From positions 1 to 47,938 of the forward strand of contig CAZHCP010000002.1 in the NCBI GenBank assembly GCA_964531015.1: a stretch of 47,938 bases of DNA. The letters run 5' to 3'. Numbering within the stretch: position 1 is the stretch's first letter; the number at the start of each line of letters is the position of its first letter. The translations under genes and the position numbers were made by a program. Positions 38,243 through 45,694 of this stretch are shown one piece after another. This DNA is from an uncultured Muribaculaceae bacterium. Its GTDB lineage: Bacteria > Cyanobacteriota > Vampirovibrionia > Gastranaerophilales > Gastranaerophilaceae. The notes beneath the pieces were generated by a model. It saw only the letters and a list, made by a program, of their open reading frames with translations, ran no database searches and had not been told where the DNA came from.

Positions 38243-39364
38243 ATGTACGAAATTCAAGGCAAATATACAACGGCAAAAATTTTTACCGAAATTGAAGACA
38301 CGGACGTAACCGAGCAAACTTTAGCAATTTGCAATCATCCGATTTTTAAAGATTGTAAAATTCGAATAATGCCGGATTGCCACAGGGGAAAAGGTTGCAC
38401 AATAGGTTTTACTTCAACAATGCCTCAAAACGGGGAGATTATTCCGAACATAATCGGAGTTGACCAATCCTGCGGAATGCTGACCGTAAAACTTAAAAAA
38501 TCAAAAACCATAAACGATTTTGCAAAACTTGATAAAATTATAAGAGAAAATGTACCTTTCGGCGAAAACGGCAGAAAAGAAATAAGCGGTTTTGTTCCCG
38601 AAGAATCGATTGAAAAAATCAAAAAGATTTCAATTGATATTTTATGCGAAAAACCAAACAGAGATTTAAAGAAAATCGGCTCTTTAGGCGGGGGAAACCA
38701 TTTTATATCAATTGAAAAAGGTTCAACCGGAACATATTTAATTATACACAGCGGTTCAAGAAATTTTGGCAAAAAACTTGCCGTTCATTTTCAGAAATCG
38801 GCAATTGAAACGAATTGTTACGGGGAAGGCGAACTTAAAAATTTATCTTATTTAACGGGAGAAAATGCTCAAAATTATCTTGAATGTGCAAAAGTGTGCA
38901 GAGAATACGCTCATTTTAACAGGCTTGTAATTGCACAAGAAATTCTAAACGCAATGGGTTGGAAGTCTGATGATGAATTTGAAACAATCCATAATTACAT
39001 TGGGCAGGACGGGATTATTCGAAAAGGTGCAATTTCCTGTTATGCCGGCGAAAAAGTCTTAATTCCGCTAAATATGGCGGACGGTTCTTTAATTTGCACG
39101 GGCAAAGGAAATCCCGATTGGAATAATTCTGCCCCGCACGGTGCCGGAAGGGCTTTATCAAGAACGCAGGCAAAAGACAAACTGTCAATGAAAGATTATA
39201 AAGAGAAAATGAAAAGCATTTTTTCAAGCTGTGTTTCAATTGCAACTCTTGATGAAGCTCCAATGGCATATAAAAACAGTGATGAAATTATAAAGTCAAT
39301 TGAGCCGACTGCCGAAATTATAGACCACCTGAAACCGCTGTATAACTTTAAGGCTGAGGAATAA
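38243..39364 (+). CDS. rtcB: RtcB-family RNA 3'-phosphate/2',3'-cyclic-phosphate ligase (short 373-aa form, catalytic residues intact)
   Basis: MPDCHRGKGCTIGF, IGVDQSCGM, GGGNHFISIE, HSGSRNFG, HNYI, RKGA and the guanylylated-His motif PHGAGR (His codon at 39137-39139). Confidence 0.9.
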   Translation: MYEIQGKYTTAKIFTEIEDTDVTEQTLAICNHPIFKDCKIRIMPDCHRGKGCTIGFTSTMPQNGEIIPNIIGVDQSCGMLTVKLKKSKTINDFAKLDKIIRENVPFGENGRKEISGFVPEESIEKIKKISIDILCEKPNRDLKKIGSLGGGNHFISIEKGSTGTYLIIHSGSRNFGKKLAVHFQKSAIETNCYGEGELKNLSYLTGENAQNYLECAKVCREYAHFNRLVIAQEILNAMGWKSDDEFETIHNYIGQDGIIRKGAISCYAGEKVLIPLNMADGSLICTGKGNPDWNNSAPHGAGRALSRTQAKDKLSMKDYKEKMKSIFSSCVSIATLDEAPMAYKNSDEIIKSIEPTAEIIDHLKPLYNFKAEE

Positions 39365-39368
39365 CATC

Positions 39369-40229
39369 ATGAAAAAGAAAAATATTTTCTACGTGACAAA
39401 TGATTTATACTACACAATTTGTGAAATTAAAAACAGAATAATACACATACCTTGCGAAGAATTAAAATTTAAACAAAAATACATTTTAAATGCAATAAAA
39501 TGGGTTTACCCGTATAAAACGGATATTTATAATGTTGCGAAAATACATTCAGGTAAAAAATGGATTTTAAAACTGGATATAAAAGATTTCTACAATTCCG
39601 TTCCGATGTGTAAAATTCAAAAAGTTATCGACAGTGTATGCACAAAAACAAATCAACCCGAAAACACGCTGCGGTTTTTATTATTGGTAACGGTCAACGG
39701 AAAACTTCCGACAGGCGTTTCAACTTCGGCACATATTGCAAATGCCTGTTTTAAGTCTGTTGATAGAGAAATACAAGCTCTTTGCGTTTGTAATAATGTT
39801 GATTATTCAAGATATGTTGATGATTTAATATTTTCAAGTTACTGCAAAGAAAATTTAAAATTTGTAGAAAATAAAATCCGAAAAATTTTAGGATTTGAAG
39901 GATATCAATTAAATAATAAAAAAACAAAATATATTTCCGTAAATAAACAGCAAAATATTTTAGGTCTTGTTGTGAACGATTATAAAGTAAGATTACCCAA
40001 AACTTTAAAAAAAGATATTCGTGCAATGCTGCATAATTATGCGGTTTTTAATTCTTCCGTTACTTGCACCGATACAAGATTTTTAGCATGGGATAAGAAA
40101 AAAGAAGAACGCTTGGCAGGCTACATTGCATACATAAAACATATCGATAAAGCGTTTTATTATAACTTACAAACTTATTGCGATAAATTAGAAAAAAAAT
40201 ATTTTATCTCGTTTCAATTTCTTAAATAA
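39369..40229 (+). CDS. retron-type reverse transcriptase (286 aa, RT domain only)
   Basis: LKFKQKYILNAIK, NVAKIHSGKKWILKLDIKDFYNSV (NAxxH-like plus RT motif 1/2), LPTGVSTSAHIANACF (motif 4), YSRYVDDLIFSS (the catalytic YVDD at 39813-39824) and ILGLVVN (retron VTG-like region). Confidence 0.85.
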   Translation: MKKKNIFYVTNDLYYTICEIKNRIIHIPCEELKFKQKYILNAIKWVYPYKTDIYNVAKIHSGKKWILKLDIKDFYNSVPMCKIQKVIDSVCTKTNQPENTLRFLLLVTVNGKLPTGVSTSAHIANACFKSVDREIQALCVCNNVDYSRYVDDLIFSSYCKENLKFVENKIRKILGFEGYQLNNKKTKYISVNKQQNILGLVVNDYKVRLPKTLKKDIRAMLHNYAVFNSSVTCTDTRFLAWDKKKEERLAGYIAYIKHIDKAFYYNLQTYCDKLEKKYFISFQFLK

Positions 40230-40275
40230 TAAAAGTGACGAAAATTAAAATTCCCCTCGAAATTCCGATTATAAA

Positions 40276-40314
40276 ATCAAGAAACCGACTTTATGATATA
40301 AAGTCGGTCTTGAT
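40276..40314. terminator. long hairpin (16 bp with a 2-nt bulge) between convergent RT and DnaB-like genes; probable bidirectional terminator or structured RNA
   Basis: ATCAAGA(AA)CCGACTTTA, loop TGATA, TAAAGTCGGTCTTGAT. On the minus strand it is followed directly by TTTTAT. Confidence 0.55.
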
Positions 40315-40438
40315 GAGGATTTTCTTCCGAACGAAGTGAGGAAGGATTCTCCTTGTTTTTGTTTCTCGGCTAAGCGAATCACTTGCCCGTATTTTTATTA
40401 TAATTTACAACCGTGCCGTTTTATGACATATCCGTTTT

Positions 40439-41281
40439 CTAAAATTCATAATTTCTAATCGGCTCAAAAAACTTTGTAATTTGTGCTCTGAATAACAAAG
40501 TGCAAGTTCCGAGCGGCCCGAATTTATTTTTTGCAACCGTTATTTCCGCTTTTCCTCTATTAATAAAATAATCATCATCGTTATATTGATTATAATATTC
40601 ATCACGGTAAATAAACATTACGACATCCGAAACATTTTCAATTGCCCCTGATTCTCTCAAATCAGAAAGCATGGGACGTTTGTCGGTTCTTGATTCTAAT
40701 GCACGTGATAACTGCGAAGTTATAAAAACAGTGCAAGAATTTTCTTTTGCGATTTCTTTCAATTTTTTCATAATATGTTCAAAACCTTCACCCCGTTGCA
40801 CTTTTGAAGGAATATCAATCAGTTGCAAATAATCAATAAAAACAAATTCGGGTTTTTCGACCTCAACTTTTTCCTTAATTTTATCTGCTGTCAGGCATGG
40901 TAAATCAGAAATTTTGACATTGTAATTTTCAAGTTCTTTAATTGCGTTACTAATCTTTTCCCGCTCTTTGCCGTTTATTGTACCGCAATTAACATGCAGT
41001 GTATCAATTTCCGCAAATTGAACAATTAACTTTTTTACAAGTTGTTGTATGCTCATATCCAAAGAAAAGAACAAACATTTTTTATTATTTTTAAGCAAAT
41101 GTAACATAATGGTTGTCATAAAAGATGTTTTACCCATTGCCGGTCTTGCCCCAATGGTTATAAGACTTGATTTCTCGTTGTCTTTTAATAACATATTCAA
41201 ATCATTAAACCCGATATCCCACGCATTTTTTTGTTCGGTTAAATTTTTTTCTATTTCTCTAAAAATTTCTTTATCTATCAT
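40439..41281 (-). CDS. DnaB C-terminal (RecA-like) domain-only ATPase; lacks the DnaB N-terminal domain
   Basis: Walker A GARPAMGKTSF, FVFIDYLQLI and SQLSRALESRTDKRPMLSDLRESGAIENVSDVVMFIYRDEYY. It is only 280 aa. Confidence 0.85.
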   Translation of the reverse strand: MIDKEIFREIEKNLTEQKNAWDIGFNDLNMLLKDNEKSSLITIGARPAMGKTSFMTTIMLHLLKNNKKCLFFSLDMSIQQLVKKLIVQFAEIDTLHVNCGTINGKEREKISNAIKELENYNVKISDLPCLTADKIKEKVEVEKPEFVFIDYLQLIDIPSKVQRGEGFEHIMKKLKEIAKENSCTVFITSQLSRALESRTDKRPMLSDLRESGAIENVSDVVMFIYRDEYYNQYNDDDYFINRGKAEITVAKNKFGPLGTCTLLFRAQITKFFEPIRNYEF

Positions 41282-41343
41282 AAAGTTTTCTCCTTTATTC
41301 TCATTGTTTCATACAAGTACGTCAAATTAAGACGTGTTATTTA

Positions 41344-41352
41344 TGCTATAAT
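41344..41352 (+). promoter_or_regulatory. candidate extended -10 promoter element (TGcTATAAT) for the WYL regulator gene
   Basis: TG at 41344-41345 and TATAAT at 41347-41352. A short inverted repeat ACGTC-N7-GACGT lies at 41319-41335 just upstream. Confidence 0.3.
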
Positions 41353-41412
41353 TTCAATGTCGGAAAAATATTACAACTGTTTTGATATTGTATTTGCAAA
41401 AAGGAGTTAAAT

Positions 41413-42384
41413 ATGTCAAGACTAAACAAAGCGGAAGAAATTATTGAACTTGCAATGATGTTTCAAAACAGTTATTGCGGTTTGTGTATTGATGATATTC
41501 AAAAAGAGTTTGAATGTTCACGCAGGTCGGCAGAACGTATGAAATCGCTTTTGTTTGATATGTTCCCCGATAAAGTTGAGGAAGTTCCGACAACCGATAA
41601 GAAAAAACGCTGGCGATTTACAAAAGGCACTGTGAATGCACTGATTTCTTTTACGGCGGATGATTTTGCCAATCTTGAATTTTTGAAAGGTTTATCAAAT
41701 GATGAAAATCGAAAAAAAGAAATTGATGAACTGATTGCAAAAGTTAAAGCATTAACTCCTCAAAAGAATTTACAATCACTTGATACCGATGTTTCGGCAA
41801 TTATGGAATGCGAAGGCTTTGCCGTAAGACAATATTCGGGTGTAAAAGTTGAACCGTCGGTTTTGGAAAAACTCCGCAACGCTATGCTATCATTTAAAAA
41901 AATCCGATTTGATTACCCGACTGACAAGGGTAATCGCTCAATTACGCTTAATCCTTACGGAATACTAATTTCGGATAAATACTATTTGGTCGGATTTAAT
42001 GAATACGTGAATGATTTGCGACTTTATAAAATTGATAAAATTTCAGGTCTTGAAATTTTAGAAGAATATTTTGAAAAAGATGAAGATTTTTCGCTGACGC
42101 AATATTGCCAAAATTCTTTCGGAATTTACAGAGAAGAACCGTTAAAAATTACTCTCGACTTTGATTGTTCGGTTGCCGATGATGTTTTAAATTACCATTT
42201 CCACCCGACACAAAAAATGAAACAACTTGAAAACGGAAATGTTCAAGTAAAATTTACGGCAGGCGGAACCGAGGCAATCTGTCGGGAACTGTTTAAATGG
42301 GGCAAAAAAGTAAAAATCAAAAAACCTGTTGAACTGAAAAACCTTTATAAACAATATCTTTTTGATGTGTTGAATAATTACTGA
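41413..42384 (+). CDS. WYL-domain transcriptional regulator (HTH - WYL - WCX architecture)
   Basis: RBS AAAGGAG. N-terminal HTH (IDDIQKEFECSRRSAERMKSLL). The WYL-type core is YGILISDKYYLVGFNEYVNDLRLYKIDKISGLEIL, with a C-terminal extension. Confidence 0.8.
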   Translation: MSRLNKAEEIIELAMMFQNSYCGLCIDDIQKEFECSRRSAERMKSLLFDMFPDKVEEVPTTDKKKRWRFTKGTVNALISFTADDFANLEFLKGLSNDENRKKEIDELIAKVKALTPQKNLQSLDTDVSAIMECEGFAVRQYSGVKVEPSVLEKLRNAMLSFKKIRFDYPTDKGNRSITLNPYGILISDKYYLVGFNEYVNDLRLYKIDKISGLEILEEYFEKDEDFSLTQYCQNSFGIYREEPLKITLDFDCSVADDVLNYHFHPTQKMKQLENGNVQVKFTAGGTEAICRELFKWGKKVKIKKPVELKNLYKQYLFDVLNNY

Positions 42385-42401
42385 TATTTAAAACAATGCG
42401 T

Positions 42402-43556
42402 TTAGTCGTTGTTTTGATTATTTTTCGGAACTTGAACAATTATTTTGCCTTTTGATATATCAGAGATAAGTTTTGTTGCATTTTCGACATAATCTTTATA
42501 ACGAGGATCGTCAATTTGTTTTGAAGAAATAAGTTCGTCGACTTTTGCAAAATATGCGGAAAGATTTTTAATTCGTTCCGTTTTATTTTCGTGTATCCAT
42601 TGCATAAGCGGCTTATTTGCTTTTTGTCCGTTGCATGAAGTGTGCATTGCCATATAGTTTGAAATATCATCATGGTTTAATTCTATATCCCTTGCAAGAA
42701 TATGGTCGGTATTCGGAACCGAAAATTCAAGCATTCTTCTTGCAATGTCTTTTGATTTCCAATCCTGACCGTTTTTATCCTTGCCCGAATATTTAACAAT
42801 CCAAGCAGAGTTCATATCCGAAGATGTCGGGAAACTTTTTACCAGCTCCAAAACCTTATTGTATTTATCCTGATTTGAAATATGAACTCTGCTTATTTTG
42901 TCTATCAGGACTTTCCTTCGGAACGGAGATTCCGCATTATTCTTTTTAATTATTTTTTTAAACTCAACAACTTTTGATAACAATGCCCGACTTTCTTCTT
43001 CGGGAAGTTTTTTTGCAATATATTCTATTTCTTTAATTTTTTTCAACTGTACATGTTCCAACAGAGGTAATTTTGTATTACGAAGTTGACATAATAAAGT
43101 TTGGATATCTTTAATGCCAAGGTCTTTTGAAAGTGCGGTCAATTCTTCAAAAACGCTGTATTCGACAGGTCGCATATAATCTTTGTATTCGTCCAAAAGC
43201 GAAAGATAATTTTCATTTTCAGTTTCGTCGAGTTTATTCAAAAATTCATTGTATTTATCGGCAGGTAATAATTTTTTTCCGCATGCCGGGCATGGAACAT
43301 TATCAAATGCATTAACTTTAAATTTTGAAGGAACTTCAATTAATTCCGGGTTTGAACTTGTATAAACCCTGTCATCGCCGGAAGGGATTAAATATGCCTC
43401 TATATCATTAAAAGTTATTTTTTTTATATTTCTGTTTTCTGTTTGCTCGTCGGGTGTTTGATTGCACTTGAAATTTTCTTGTGACTCGTGTTTAAACACG
43501 GTTTTATTATATTGCTTTGCATATATACCCGATAAATTTATTGTAGAAATTTTCAT
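42402..43556 (-). CDS. leader-family protein with CPACG zinc-ribbon and C-terminal HNH nuclease motif
   Basis: I prefer the ATG at 43556 (MKISTINLSGIY...), although the RBS is weak. The HNH signature is NTDHILARDIELNHDDISNYMAMHTSCNGQKANKP. The track ORF starts at 43571. Confidence 0.7.
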   Translation of the reverse strand: MKISTINLSGIYAKQYNKTVFKHESQENFKCNQTPDEQTENRNIKKITFNDIEAYLIPSGDDRVYTSSNPELIEVPSKFKVNAFDNVPCPACGKKLLPADKYNEFLNKLDETENENYLSLLDEYKDYMRPVEYSVFEELTALSKDLGIKDIQTLLCQLRNTKLPLLEHVQLKKIKEIEYIAKKLPEEESRALLSKVVEFKKIIKKNNAESPFRRKVLIDKISRVHISNQDKYNKVLELVKSFPTSSDMNSAWIVKYSGKDKNGQDWKSKDIARRMLEFSVPNTDHILARDIELNHDDISNYMAMHTSCNGQKANKPLMQWIHENKTERIKNLSAYFAKVDELISSKQIDDPRYKDYVENATKLISDISKGKIIVQVPKNNQNND

Positions 43557-43656
43557 AAAATACCCGACCACTTAATACATATAATAATAAAATATAAACA
43601 AAAATAAAATTGCCTGTTTTTTGGTTACGAATTGTAAAGTTGGATTTTTTGAGGGT

Positions 43657-43796
43657 AAAAATTGGGAAAATGTGAAAAAATTAATCAAAAATGCACAAAA
43701 AAGACAAAAATAAGAAAAATTGCACAAAAAAAACGTTAAAAATGCAAAAAATACGATTAAAAATTTATTAAACTCAAAAAAAATTCTGCAAAAAAA
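43657..43796. promoter_or_regulatory. array of 13 A-tracts phased at about 10 bp (predicted intrinsically curved DNA) upstream of the 43858 gene
   Basis: A4-A8 runs start at 43657, 43667, 43675, 43687, 43697, 43706, 43715, 43726, 43738, 43746, 43759, 43776 and 43790. The motif TGCA(C)AAAAA recurs four times. Confidence 0.6.
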
Positions 43797-43857
43797 TTTG
43801 TGTTTAAACTTTAAATTGATATTATGACAGAGTACAAAAAGGAATAAGGTAAGAAAA

Positions 43858-45546
43858 GTGAAAATATCACAACGCAGTTACACGGGTATAACGAAACAAA
43901 ACATAAAACAACAAAATCTTAAACAACAAAACGGCACAAAACAAACATTAAATAAAAATAACGGTGTTGCAAATAAATCCAATTTTAAAGGTGGCATATC
44001 TGATGGTGCTTTTAATCTGTTGGACGGCATGTTCCGTGTGTTGGAAATAAATCCGATGGTTCAAGTTTCGGTTGTTGATACGGTTGCAACAAACATCCCG
44101 AGAACCGTTGTTGATTTAAAAACGGGTTTGGCTGCCGCTTTGGAAACATGCAGAAGAGAATTTTCCGGTTTGTTTGTTAACTGTTTAATGCCCTCAGGGA
44201 TTGTTTTTGGGGTTGCTTCACTGTTACCTAAAGCGGAAAATTTAAAAGGTACAAAGATTTTTAATTCTTGGGCAACGGAAGATTCCATTGAAAAATTAAA
44301 AACCGTATATAATAAAGCACAAGAATCTTCGGCAACGGATAAGACGAAAGAATATGTCGAAAAGGCAATCGGCTCGTTAAAAGGACTTAACGGCAAAAAT
44401 TGGGAAGCATACGCAAATCATGCCCAAAATCCCGTATATAAAGATGCCGTTAATGATATAGTTCAAGCAATGTCGACAACAGTAAAAAAAGACAGAAAAT
44501 CTTTCATAAACAGTGCAAGAGAAAAATTGGCAGGCTTAACAAAAGCCGAAACAACTCTTAAATTCGGTGATAAACCGCAAGCAAATTTAAGTAATACATT
44601 GCGGGATATTGTTGATATGGGTGCGAGATTTAATGACGTTAAAGCAAAAACGGCAAACTCCGCCGATGTTCCGAAGGCAATAAATAATTACTGCAAAAAC
44701 TTAACGAAATTTGTTAAACAAAAAAGCTTTATCGGCATGGGTATTGTAATTGCAATTGCCATCAGCGTACAAAAAATAAACAGAGCAATAACAAGAAAAC
44801 AGTTTAATGCAGAAGGTGCTCCGATTTATAAAGATTTTGGCAAAAAAGACACCACGCAAAAAATGGACGAAAAACAAAAGAAAAAATTTAAAGCAAAAAA
44901 AATTATTTCCGCCGCAAGCATGTTCGGAATTGCCGCATTGTCAATGATGAAAAAGCCTTCTTCGGCAATGTTCCAGTTCTCGGGCAAGTTCCCGACCGTT
45001 GACCAATGCCGTTGGATTGCTTCTTCAACAATCGCAAGCAGAATGTGGGGGGCGGAAGACGAAAACGAATTAAGAGAAACAACCGTTCGTGATATAGCTT
45101 CGTTTGCCGGCTTGTATGTTTTGGGCGACTACGTCAACAAGGGTGTTGCTTCCGCAATTGAAGCCGTTACAAATTCAAAATTGTACCAAAAAACCGGTAA
45201 AAAACCTGTTGAACTGTTAAACAGAAACATTCAAAATTCCGACAAAGCACAAAAAGGCATTTCAAAAGTTGCAAAAAATTTCTTTGATTGGATGAAAAAT
45301 ACGGAATTGAAATCAGCACTTGAAGTAAAAGACGTAAGAACAAGAAATTTGAGAAATTTATGCAAATTGGCGGATATCGGATTTTCAATAGTGATGTTGG
45401 GTATTTTATTGCCGAAATATAACAGAAGCGTAACCGAAAAGAAAGTTGCGGTTGCAAAAGCGGCAGAAGAACAACGAAACAAAAATATGTTGGAACTTTC
45501 CAAAAAGGAAATGCCGTCTATATTTAATGCAATTATGACAAAATAA
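43858..45546 (+). CDS. leader-family polytopic membrane protein
   Basis: GTG start after AAGGAATAAGG. Leader MKISQRSYTGITKQ...KSNFKGG ends at F43-K44-G45. At least five hydrophobic segments are present (for example FIGMGIVIAIAISV and IISAASMFGIAALSMM). Confidence 0.7.
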   Translation: MKISQRSYTGITKQNIKQQNLKQQNGTKQTLNKNNGVANKSNFKGGISDGAFNLLDGMFRVLEINPMVQVSVVDTVATNIPRTVVDLKTGLAAALETCRREFSGLFVNCLMPSGIVFGVASLLPKAENLKGTKIFNSWATEDSIEKLKTVYNKAQESSATDKTKEYVEKAIGSLKGLNGKNWEAYANHAQNPVYKDAVNDIVQAMSTTVKKDRKSFINSAREKLAGLTKAETTLKFGDKPQANLSNTLRDIVDMGARFNDVKAKTANSADVPKAINNYCKNLTKFVKQKSFIGMGIVIAIAISVQKINRAITRKQFNAEGAPIYKDFGKKDTTQKMDEKQKKKFKAKKIISAASMFGIAALSMMKKPSSAMFQFSGKFPTVDQCRWIASSTIASRMWGAEDENELRETTVRDIASFAGLYVLGDYVNKGVASAIEAVTNSKLYQKTGKKPVELLNRNIQNSDKAQKGISKVAKNFFDWMKNTELKSALEVKDVRTRNLRNLCKLADIGFSIVMLGILLPKYNRSVTEKKVAVAKAAEEQRNKNMLELSKKEMPSIFNAIMTK

Positions 45547-45550
45547 AAAA

Positions 45551-45591
45551 ATAAAAATTTTTGTGAATAAAACAGCAAAAATTTTTATTTT
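45551..45591 (+). terminator. rho-independent terminator
   Basis: Perfect 13-bp stem ATAAAAATTTTTG (45551-45563) / CAAAAATTTTTAT (45576-45588) with a 12-nt loop, followed by TTT. Confidence 0.6.
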
Positions 45592-45632
45592 GGGGTTTTA
45601 ATATAATGCAAGGTTTTTAATACGAAATAATG

Positions 45633-45661
45633 TTGTTAAAAACATAAAAATAGTATATAAT
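45633..45661 (+). promoter_or_regulatory. candidate sigma-70-type promoter TTGTTA-17-TATAAT
   Basis: TTGTTA at 45633-45638, a 17-nt spacer, TATAAT at 45656-45661. This is 34 nt upstream of the GTG at 45695. Confidence 0.4.
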
Positions 45662-45694
45662 GAACACGCAAGCGAGAATATAGGAGAAAAGTAA

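Noticed and set aside
40230-40438. Possible small toxin/antitoxin or additional ORF in the 209-nt gap after the RT.
   Set aside because: No ORF of meaningful length with an RBS exists on either strand. The interval is better explained by hairpin structures (see findings).
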